In this document: positions 24,693 to 32,000 of the stretch, piece after piece | How positions within the stretch are numbered: the first letter of the stretch is position 1 | Layout: each line of letters starts with the position of its first letter | NCBI RefSeq assembly: GCF_019343475.1 | Contig: NZ_CP072453.1 | Location: 1,411,223-1,443,222 of the forward strand | Length of the DNA: 32,000 nucleotides | Reading direction: 5' to 3' | Source of the DNA: Providencia sp. R33 | GTDB taxonomy: Bacteria > Pseudomonadota > Gammaproteobacteria > Enterobacterales > Enterobacteriaceae | The notes under the pieces: generated by a model | What the model was told of the DNA's origin: nothing | Database searches by the model: none | Seen by the model: the letters and a program-made list of their open reading frames with translations, nothing else | Position numbers and translations under genes: made by a program

Positions 24693-26429
24693 ATGCGTTT
24701 TATTTTCTTTTTATTACTCGGTTTTAGTTTCTATTCTAATGCGGTAATTAAAACGTATAATGTGACATTATCTGATACCAATTATAAAGTCTCTCAATAT
24801 GACCCTAATACGGGTTTTTGGTCTTCATCATTTACTCTTGAATATCCGCTTCAAACTTATCAAGCGAGTGATTGTTTTCTTGAACGTAGTTTTTCTATTG
24901 CTCCGAGAACGATTGCCGAAAAATATATTAAACTACCGAATAGAAACCCAAATGCATCTCCGCCATCATTATCGGTTAAATTTAATCCAAAGGTAAAATG
25001 TACAGTTGATTGGGTTGAGGATAAACCAAAATATTCATTAACCGATAAAGCCAATTCAGCGATATTAACGATAACTTATCGCGCTTTTTATTGCCCTAAT
25101 GAATCTGCTTATTCTTACAATAATTTAGATAAAAAAGAAGGATGTCCCTCTATTGAGCATGGTAGCTTGGAAGAATATTGTTTAAAACAACCCACGTTAT
25201 ATAACACTACAGTTAAAAACCCAACGCATGATGGTAAAGATTATATATTTAATAATGCAGAAAATGGCTGTAAATACTTTTCAGTTGGTTCCGTTATATT
25301 AAAACAAGAAAATCCACTTCGTATTACAAGTGATTGGGCAACAATTGGAGTCGCTGATTTAGATACTGGTGATAGCGAAATTATCGAAAATGATAATGGT
25401 AATGATGGTGGTAACGGCAGTGAAGGTGGTAACGGCAGTGAAGGTGGTAACGGCAGCGAAGGTGGTAACGGCAGCGAAGGTGGTAACGGCAGTGAAGGTG
25501 GTAACGGCAGTGAAGGTGGTAACGGCAGCGAAGGTGGTAACGGCAGCGAAGGTGGTAACGGCAGCGAAGGTGGTAACGGCAGCGAAGGTGGTAACGGCAG
25601 CGAAGGTGGTAACGGCAGCGAAGGTGGTAACGGCAGCGAAGGTGGTAACGGCAACGAAGGCGGTAATGGAGGCGGGAGTGCGTCAGGTGAATATGCCGGT
25701 ATTTTAAACTCAATTCGTACAGATACACAAAGTATCAGTAAAACCACATCATCCATGGATAAAAACCTGAATTCCATCAAAGATAAAGCATCATCGATAG
25801 ACGATAGGCTCGCTAATATTGATGGAAACGTTGCAAAGATTGAGCGTTATTTACGCCCAGAAGAACACTCTTTTTCCGAATGGCTGAATTCTTTTGATAC
25901 CACTTACAGCACCTATTTTAGCCCCTCGATTAAAGAGCCTAATTCAATATTTAATGCCGAATTTGGGTATCGCAATGACAATGAGTTTTCACTGTATGGG
26001 GATATCGCCTCCAATATGCAAGGAGATGCGTTTGTCAGGTCATTTTCAAATATCTATCGAGAACAATTGTCAGGTTTAACTTCCCACTTACCAAGCAATT
26101 TACAACTGTCTTCGATTGCCAATCAATTAGACGGTTCGATTCGTTCTGATACGATTGATTTTAGAGACGATTTTAAAGCTTATGGGACATTTACCTCAAT
26201 TTTTGGAGTGGGTGATTTAGTCAAATCCATTTATCAAGTTTTGCCCAAGTATAAAGAATGCACTCCGATTATCTTATTTGGTGGGTATCCTTATGAGTTT
26301 TCTATTTCTTGCGAATACATAAATAAAATCAAAGACTTTCTTTATTACGTCTTTTTCTTTTTTACATTGTGGTTCACGTTCACGAAATTAATGCATTCAA
26401 TTTCAGCAACGCCCGCAAAAGAAAGTTAA
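24693..26429 (+). CDS. Adsorption protein (gIII homologue), copy 2
   Basis: Identical to 14633-16369, including the repeat number. Confidence 0.9.
   Translation: MRFIFFLLLGFSFYSNAVIKTYNVTLSDTNYKVSQYDPNTGFWSSSFTLEYPLQTYQASDCFLERSFSIAPRTIAEKYIKLPNRNPNASPPSLSVKFNPKVKCTVDWVEDKPKYSLTDKANSAILTITYRAFYCPNESAYSYNNLDKKEGCPSIEHGSLEEYCLKQPTLYNTTVKNPTHDGKDYIFNNAENGCKYFSVGSVILKQENPLRITSDWATIGVADLDTGDSEIIENDNGNDGGNGSEGGNGSEGGNGSEGGNGSEGGNGSEGGNGSEGGNGSEGGNGSEGGNGSEGGNGSEGGNGSEGGNGSEGGNGSEGGNGNEGGNGGGSASGEYAGILNSIRTDTQSISKTTSSMDKNLNSIKDKASSIDDRLANIDGNVAKIERYLRPEEHSFSEWLNSFDTTYSTYFSPSIKEPNSIFNAEFGYRNDNEFSLYGDIASNMQGDAFVRSFSNIYREQLSGLTSHLPSNLQLSSIANQLDGSIRSDTIDFRDDFKAYGTFTSIFGVGDLVKSIYQVLPKYKECTPIILFGGYPYEFSISCEYINKIKDFLYYVFFFFTLWFTFTKLMHSISATPAKES
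25407..25658 (+). repeat. 14 x 18-bp in-frame tandem repeat in gIII, copy 2
   Basis: Identical to 15347-15598. Confidence 0.9.
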
Positions 26430-26447
26430 TACCAAAAGGAGCGCATT

Positions 26448-26786
26448 ATGCCGTTATTACTGGCTTGGTTACCTGCACTGATTACATGGTTGTTTAATGC
26501 ATGGCGTATTTACGTTGCAGCTTCTTTTTTATGGAAAATCATTAAATATATTGCAGGTGTCATTATTACCTATGCTGTAGTGAACTATGTTTTTGGTGGA
26601 TTTATCTCGGCACTCATTAATTGGGTCTCAACTTCATTAACGTATATTTCCCCGTTTATTGATGCCTTTTCGTTATTTTTACCCTCAAATTTTGAAACCT
26701 GCGTTTATATCATCATTTCAGATTACGTTCTTGCCATGGTTTTGTCATGGAAACATCGTATTGCAACGGCATTAGGAGCGATTTAA
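26448..26786 (+). CDS. gVI homologue, copy 2
   Basis: Identical to 16388-16726. Confidence 0.85.
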   Translation: MPLLLAWLPALITWLFNAWRIYVAASFLWKIIKYIAGVIITYAVVNYVFGGFISALINWVSTSLTYISPFIDAFSLFLPSNFETCVYIIISDYVLAMVLSWKHRIATALGAI

Positions 26787-26948
26787 GTGGATTTTACTGT
26801 GTGGGACGTTATGGCATTTGCGTTCTCAATGTTTCTTTTATCTTATATAAGGTGATGTTATGTCTATCATCCCGTTTATACCGACACGCCTTGAATATTA
26901 CTATGGTCATTTAACGCATTCATATGCTTATTCACTTTAGGAGGGGAA

Positions 26949-27980
26949 ATGGCGGTCTATTTTGTCACGGGTAAACTCGGTTCAGGAAAAACACTCTCAG
27001 CCGTGTATAAAATCCGCGATTACTTAATGAATGGGCGTAAGGTGGCGACAAACTTAAATATCTCGTTAACAGGGATGTTTGGTTATCACGCCAAAAATAT
27101 TAATCTGGTACGTATTCCTGATAAACCCAATATCATTGATTTAGAGTCAATTGGGCGCGGTAATTCTACTTACGATGAGTCACTCAATGGCTTACTGGTC
27201 TTGGACGAATGCGGAACATGGTTTAACTCGCGTTCTTGGGCAGATAAGAGCCGACAGGAGTTAATCAATTGGTTTGCACATGCGCGAAAGCTCGGCTGGG
27301 ATATTCTTTTCCTTGTGCAAAGTCTTCATGTTGTCGATAAACAGAGTCGATTGATGTTTGCGGAACACGTGGTGTATTGCCGTCGTGCTGACCGTTTAAA
27401 AATCCCCTATATTCATTGGTTATTGCAATTAGTGACATTAGGGCATTTTCAACTCCCGAAAATCCACATGGCTATCGTGAAATACGGGGATTCACCGACT
27501 GCATTAGTCACTGACCGTTGGTTTTACCAAGGTGGGCCTTTGTATTCCGCTTATGACACCAAACAGCAATTTTCTGATTTCTATGCGCATGGGGCATTTT
27601 GTGTTTTGCCTCCGCATTACTACGTCTTAAAACGCACAAAAATTAATGTGAGCTTTTTTATGCGCTTAACAAAAATCTATTTCAAACGCTCTAAACGACT
27701 CAGCTTAATTCTTTTGGGAATATTCCTGTGCCTTTCAGGGCAATTTTTTTATCACAAGTATTGGCCATCAACGTCAGAAACACCCATCTTGCCACTTTCT
27801 GACGTTTTTATTGATTCTTACGTGAAGCACGGTAATCAGACTCAATACCGATTTTCAACACCAAATGGCATTTTATCTGAAGACGATTTAACAAATGCAG
27901 GCATAAAAATTTCGCAGGTATCGCCCTGTAAAGTGTCATTAAATTTAAATGGGGTTTCACATGAAGTCACATGTAAATAG
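26949..27980 (+). CDS. Assembly ATPase (gI/Zot homologue), copy 2
   Basis: Identical to 16889-17920. Confidence 0.92.
   Translation: MAVYFVTGKLGSGKTLSAVYKIRDYLMNGRKVATNLNISLTGMFGYHAKNINLVRIPDKPNIIDLESIGRGNSTYDESLNGLLVLDECGTWFNSRSWADKSRQELINWFAHARKLGWDILFLVQSLHVVDKQSRLMFAEHVVYCRRADRLKIPYIHWLLQLVTLGHFQLPKIHMAIVKYGDSPTALVTDRWFYQGGPLYSAYDTKQQFSDFYAHGAFCVLPPHYYVLKRTKINVSFFMRLTKIYFKRSKRLSLILLGIFLCLSGQFFYHKYWPSTSETPILPLSDVFIDSYVKHGNQTQYRFSTPNGILSEDDLTNAGIKISQVSPCKVSLNLNGVSHEVTCK
27660..27980 (+). CDS. pXI-like internal product of gI, copy 2
   Basis: Identical to 17600-17920. Confidence 0.45.
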   Translation: MRLTKIYFKRSKRLSLILLGIFLCLSGQFFYHKYWPSTSETPILPLSDVFIDSYVKHGNQTQYRFSTPNGILSEDDLTNAGIKISQVSPCKVSLNLNGVSHEVTCK

Positions 27981-29289
27981 CTTGATAGGGGCGTTCTTAT
28001 TGTGGTGCTCCTGCGCACACGCTCAATTACTAGAAATGAATAATGCGCCCATGACGGAGTTTGTGAATTGGTATTCGCAGCTATCAGGAAAGGGCGTTGT
28101 TTTACCCAGCAATTTTGATGGGCGAATTACCATTTATAATTCGGATGTGGACGCCTCTAATATTGATGCTTTTTTTATTTCAGTCCTGGCTTCTCGTGGT
28201 TATGAAGTTGTGTCTGGGAGTCCACTGATTATTAAAGCGAACCCGACTATTGATGTGAAACAAACGCGCCTTAATATGACACCGCTTGAAAGTAATGATG
28301 ATTCCAACAGCTTAGATTATCAAGATAATGGCTCATCACTGGACAATTTATTAGATTATCCAGTTCAATCCGCACCTAAGTTTTTGGAGATGGAAACACG
28401 CACCTTTAAATTTCAGCGTATTACGGCTAAATCTGCCTTACCCGTTGTCGATATCTATTTAAAATCATTACCCACATCAGGTTCACACGTCGTGCTCGAT
28501 GCGGCTTCCAATTCACTGATTGTGACGACCGTTAAAGGCAACTTTGATAATATTGGCTCCTTTATTCGTGATATTGACGTGAAAACAGAACAAGTTCTGA
28601 TTGAAGCGATTATGTTCGAGGTTGGCAAAGGTTCATCGTTTGATTTTTCATTTGCAGCAGGTAAGCGTTCAGATTCAAACATTGTTGGGGGTATCAATAC
28701 CACCTCATTATCCGACTCTCTGACCTCCAAGGGAGCGGCATTTGGCATATTCTCAGGCAACATATTATCGTTGGCATTAACAGCTGTAGAAGGCGCTCAG
28801 GACTCAAAAATTTTGTCTGTACCCCGTATTTTAACCTTATCAGGCTCTGAGGGCTTTATCTCTTCAGGCCAAAACGTGCCGATTGTGACAGGAAAACTGG
28901 TTGGAGAGGGCGTTGACGCCAAAAATCCGTTCCAAACCATCACGCGCCGTGATGTAGGAATTAACTTACGGGTTACGCCTATCGTACTGGGTGACGGTTC
29001 GATTATGTTAGATTTATCGTCTAATTCCGGCTCAATTTCTAATGTTACCGCAGCTTCCGATATCATTTTAAACGAACGCACCATTAAGACGACCGTTCAG
29101 CTTAAAGATGGTGATACATTGCTTATTGGTGGGTTAATTCAACATAACGCGATTAATCAAAAAGACTCAACACCTATTGCGTCTTCTATCCCGTTAATTG
29201 GTTGGATGTTTGATTCCACCTCAGAATCTGAAACTGAAAACACCATGTATATTTTGATTAGAGCTCGGATTGTTTCGCCTTTATCCTAA
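27961..29289 (+). CDS. Secretin (gIV homologue), copy 2
   Basis: Identical to 17901-19229. Confidence 0.92.
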   Translation: MKSHVNSLIGAFLLWCSCAHAQLLEMNNAPMTEFVNWYSQLSGKGVVLPSNFDGRITIYNSDVDASNIDAFFISVLASRGYEVVSGSPLIIKANPTIDVKQTRLNMTPLESNDDSNSLDYQDNGSSLDNLLDYPVQSAPKFLEMETRTFKFQRITAKSALPVVDIYLKSLPTSGSHVVLDAASNSLIVTTVKGNFDNIGSFIRDIDVKTEQVLIEAIMFEVGKGSSFDFSFAAGKRSDSNIVGGINTTSLSDSLTSKGAAFGIFSGNILSLALTAVEGAQDSKILSVPRILTLSGSEGFISSGQNVPIVTGKLVGEGVDAKNPFQTITRRDVGINLRVTPIVLGDGSIMLDLSSNSGSISNVTAASDIILNERTIKTTVQLKDGDTLLIGGLIQHNAINQKDSTPIASSIPLIGWMFDSTSESETENTMYILIRARIVSPLS

Positions 29290-29338
29290 TTTTTTATTAC
29301 GTTACATTCTAATTATTTATCAATCTCTCTTTTAATCA

Positions 29339-29400
29339 GAACCCTGTTAGCGATGTTCGCTCACTGCGAGAGCGGGGGGCGGATATCGCTAATGGGGTTT
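29339..29400 (+). other. Intergenic GC-rich hairpin (candidate packaging signal or origin), copy 2
   Basis: Identical to 19279-19340. Confidence 0.4.
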
Positions 29401-29579
29401 CTATTAACAGTCATTTTATTTATGAATATAGCTTTTGTGATTATATCAGAATAAAGTTTCTTTATATGCCGTTAGGCATGTAAGGCGACACGCTAAAATT
29501 TCAGAAATACCCAAAGCTCGCTCGCCGATAAAACGGGCGGGCTTTTTTGAAAAACACGAAACCGCGCTTGCGCCACTGG

Positions 29580-29608
29580 TTGACAGGATTTTAATTGTTC
29601 GATCTAAT
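29580..29608 (+). promoter_or_regulatory. Candidate promoter for the 72-aa ORF, copy 2
   Basis: Identical to 19520-19548. Confidence 0.35.
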
Positions 29609-29677
29609 AGCAACTCAACAGTTTTATGGTCGAAGACGAAAGAATCTTTCAGCGATAATTTATAGGGAATGAATTAA

Positions 29678-29896
29678 ATGAAGACTGTTTGGATTGATGA
29701 AGAATCTTTTTTGCAAATGGCTAAAATTGGCTGGATTGACTATAGCAATGCACGTTTAGATAACAATAAGTTGCTTGGTATCGAATTACCGCCAAGACGC
29801 AAAAATGGCAATAATACGCATTTCAAAATGACGTTAACCGATGTAACAAGGTTCATTAATGACTATAACGAAGCCAAAAAGAACCAACACAATTAA
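29678..29896 (+). CDS. Hypothetical 72-aa att-adjacent protein, copy 2
   Basis: Identical to 19618-19836. Confidence 0.55.
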   Translation: MKTVWIDEESFLQMAKIGWIDYSNARLDNNKLLGIELPPRRKNGNNTHFKMTLTDVTRFINDYNEAKKNQHN

Positions 29897-29945
29897 CCAG
29901 CCAGAACGCTGGATTTCTTCATTTTATACCTAGGTTCGCATAATG
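29876..29945 (+). repeat. 70-bp direct repeat, copy 3 of 3
   Basis: Identical to 9756-9825. Identity stops after ...cataatg. Confidence 0.9.
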
Positions 29946-29960
29946 CATATTATGTTAAAT
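29933..29960 (+). other. dif: Chromosomal dif site (XerC arm, 6-bp centre, XerD arm), regenerated at the right prophage junction
   Basis: GGTTCGCATAA TGCATA TTATGTTAAAT matches E. coli dif GGTGCGCATAA TGTATA TTATGTTAAAT at 26/28 positions. Confidence 0.85.
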
Positions 29961-30086
29961 AAGATATTGCATTAATAATAGGACATAGTGGCTCAGGTAT
30001 TGTGAGCTCCCTATTGACTTAGCATCGTGTTCAGCTTATTTATATGCGCTAAATGATAACCTAGCCTATGCTTCGGAAATACCGTA

Positions 30087-30350
30087 ATGAATGAATATAA
30101 ATCGAAAGACCCTTTACATGGCGTTACACTTGAAATGCAAGTGAATGCATTGGTTGATAGATACGGTTGGAGCCAACTTGGGCGCACCATTAAAATAAAT
30201 TGCTTTAATAAAGATCCAAGTATTAAATCGAGCTTAAAGTTTCTTCGTCGAACGCCTTGGGCAAGAGCTGAAGTTGAATTACTCTATCTGGATATGATAG
30301 AAAATACTGACTCAGATTCTGATGATCCATGGCATAATTCACGGCGTTAA
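30087..30350 (+). CDS. VF530/DUF2132-family small DNA-binding-like protein
   Basis: 87 aa. DPLHGVTLE..V..LV..YGW..L......CF...PSIKSSLKFLR.TPWAR..VE.LY is the pattern I associate with DUF2132 proteins. Confidence 0.7.
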   Translation: MNEYKSKDPLHGVTLEMQVNALVDRYGWSQLGRTIKINCFNKDPSIKSSLKFLRRTPWARAEVELLYLDMIENTDSDSDDPWHNSRR

Positions 30351-30615
30351 AAGATAAAATGGTATTGAGCTCAATAACCCAACCACATAATACCGTATCT
30401 AAGAATGTGCCAAATAGTGCATCTGCGATGAGAAAGAAATCAAATGCACATCCATTTGGATGTTTGGGCTAAAAGCTAAATTTGTCCATATTCACCTCAA
30501 AAGCAAACCCTTTCCTATCAAATGCCCTAACCTATTATTTTTAAAACTATATTAGGGCATTTATTTTTATCTTACTTTAAACCTAAAGCGACCAGAAAGA
30601 TTGACTTGCGCTAGA

Positions 30616-31371
30616 CTAGTGATTTTTAAGAAAACATTCGATAATCCTAACAAGCACTAGTGGAGTCTCATTCATCGGATAGTGGCCAGCATTTTCCATA
30701 ATCTCAACAGTTGCATGGGGATAACGTCGAAGATAAGTTCTAGCCATTAATTCTGTATTGAATGTTGAATCATGCTCGCCCACGAGTACCTTTACTGGGT
30801 GTGAACCAATAATCTCTTCGCTAAAGTCAGTATCAGCCCACGAATAAAAATACGCAGAAAATGCTTCCAAAGAGGAATTTGATATTGAATACGCCGCTTT
30901 CCATTCGACCCAAGATACGGGCAATCGCCCACCAGTACTACGGTCTATAATGGTTTTTCGATTGTCCAGTCGTTCTGCGGCATCTTCAAGTAAGCGGCGC
31001 GTTGGAATATCGTACGAAATACCACCGCAAGGAACGGGAGCAACAGCTACGAGTGCCCGCACTCGATTAGGCGCGAGTGTTGCAATCCGCTCGATCACCA
31101 TCCCTCCCATCGAGTGGCCAATCAAGCTAAAATCGTAAAAGCCGAGAGCATCAGCAAGTTTTAATGCGTCGGAGGCAATCTCATCGATGGTGTAGGCTCC
31201 GCGTATTTCTTTCATCCCCCCGTATCCGCGATAATCCATGAACACATAACTGAATGCATCTCCATTCAACCAAGGTTCAATTTGTTCGAACGAGTGTGCA
31301 TCACCGAACCAGCCGTGAAGTACGAGGATGGGATGCGGGCCGTTTCCTACGCGATGATATGTGTTAATCAT
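30616..31371 (-). CDS. Alpha/beta-fold hydrolase
   Basis: 251 aa. It has the HGW oxyanion region (ILVLHGWFG), the nucleophile elbow GHSMGG and a C-terminal GH (AGHYPM). Confidence 0.85.
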   Translation of the reverse strand: MINTYHRVGNGPHPILVLHGWFGDAHSFEQIEPWLNGDAFSYVFMDYRGYGGMKEIRGAYTIDEIASDALKLADALGFYDFSLIGHSMGGMVIERIATLAPNRVRALVAVAPVPCGGISYDIPTRRLLEDAAERLDNRKTIIDRSTGGRLPVSWVEWKAAYSISNSSLEAFSAYFYSWADTDFSEEIIGSHPVKVLVGEHDSTFNTELMARTYLRRYPHATVEIMENAGHYPMNETPLVLVRIIECFLKNH

Positions 31372-31409
31372 ATTAACTCCAATGTGAAAAAATATGGATG
31401 GCTTCAGCT

Positions 31410-32000
31410 TTATAGCTCAACGAGGATCACACCTTTAAGACGACCAGCACAGGCCTCCTGCAAGGCAAAAATCGAATTTTCTATTCCCTTGAAGGTGACG
31501 GATGGGAGATGAATGCGTCCTTCACGCTTCCATGTTTTCAGATCCTGCAACCAAAATTCAAATGCGTCAGGCGAATGATCCGCACTGAAGCCACGTAATG
31601 TCATGTCTTTGAAAATGATTTGAAAGCTATCTAAAGTAACTGGTGCTTGCAAAGATGCCTTTTTCACGTTCAGCTCAGCGGTCAGTGCCCCAAGTAGAAC
31701 ACAACGGGCACCATTGCTAGCCAGCTGGATGGCAGCTGATAGCTGTTCACCACCCACCATATCTACGATGACATCGATACCTTCAGGTGCAGCTTTCGCC
31801 AGTTGATCGATCATTGGACCGCCGTCGCGGGTGACGACGGCATCGTAACTCAATTTTTCTTGCATCCATCTGGCCTTGTTGGAACTACTCGTACTACCAA
31901 CCACTCGTGTCGCACCAAGGATCCTTGCTATCTGCCCTGCCATCGAACCTATGGCCCCTGCTCCACTGGAAACAAATACAGTATCACCTTTTTTCACCTG
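31410..32000 (-). CDS. NADP-dependent oxidoreductase, medium-chain dehydrogenase/reductase family, C-terminal part only (N-terminus beyond window end)
   Basis: A Rossmann motif (VSSGAGAIGSMAGQIARILGA) sits where MDR enzymes carry it, mid-protein. The reading frame stays open to base 32000, so the ORF-track 'M' at 31997 is a GTG inside the gene. Confidence 0.8.
   Translation of the reverse strand, partial: QVKKGDTVFVSSGAGAIGSMAGQIARILGATRVVGSTSSSNKARWMQEKLSYDAVVTRDGGPMIDQLAKAAPEGIDVIVDMVGGEQLSAAIQLASNGARCVLLGALTAELNVKKASLQAPVTLDSFQIIFKDMTLRGFSADHSPDAFEFWLQDLKTWKREGRIHLPSVTFKGIENSIFALQEACAGRLKGVILVEL

Larger units (their letters stand above)
19886..29945 (+). mobile_element. Filamentous (inovirus, Ff-like) prophage, copy 2
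   Basis: Every ORF translation in the track is identical to copy 1 at +10,060 bp, and the intergenic lines I spot-checked are identical too. Confidence 0.9.

Noticed and set aside
9826-29945. Search for a phage integrase, transposase, toxin genes of the ctxAB type, or tRNA attachment site
   Set aside because: None was found. All ORFs are either assigned to Ff-type functions or are small or membrane unknowns, and the insertion site is dif and not a tRNA.
30351-30615. Possible gene remnant or sRNA between the VF530 gene and the hydrolase, including a 10-bp stem (aatgccctaa 30521-30530 / ttagggcatt 30552-30561)
   Set aside because: There is no ORF with a start codon. The hairpin loop is 21 nt, and I could assign no clear promoter. 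The evidence is insufficient for a call.
30950-31512. Plus-strand ORFs of 62 and 76 aa
   Set aside because: They are antisense to, or overlap, the alpha/beta hydrolase and MDR oxidoreductase genes.

Overview
This is an AT-rich enterobacterial chromosome segment. The host is probably Morganellaceae-like, judged from base composition and gene content, which is an inference. The window spans the chromosome dimer-resolution site dif. The left flank (1-9595) is ordinary terminus-region housekeeping DNA, syntenic with E. coli: ynfM (partial), ynfL-like LysR, mlc, ynfK, ynfD, ynfB, ydfG, a DUF4139 secreted protein, a cupin and roxA/ycfD. The right flank (29961-32000) carries a VF530/DUF2132 protein, an alpha/beta hydrolase and a partial MDR oxidoreductase. 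Between them lie two apparently identical head-to-tail 10,060-bp copies of a filamentous (inovirus) prophage, at about 9826-19885 and 19886-29945. Its virion and assembly genes are clear homologues of the M13/f1/fd genes, in Ff order: gV, gVII, gIX, gVIII, gIII, gVI, gI/XI, gIV. Its replication gene, however, is of the Rep_trans (CTXphi RstA-like) type. The element has no integrase. Its ends are dif-like sites: hybrid attL at 9813-9840, a phage-phage junction at 19873-19900, and an intact dif at 29933-29960. Just inside the left end, a second, inverted dif-like site (9905-9933) can pair with the first to give a forked hairpin. This is the architecture of a CTXphi-type single-stranded attP that uses host XerCD. 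Each copy also carries a strongly AT-rich, opposite-strand module of four uncharacterised genes, mostly encoding membrane proteins (9977-11970 and 20037-22030). Three of these genes are bracketed by direct repeats of the dif-like arm. That module is my best candidate for an undescribed accessory system. No rRNA, tRNA, CRISPR array, transposase or integrase was recognised.
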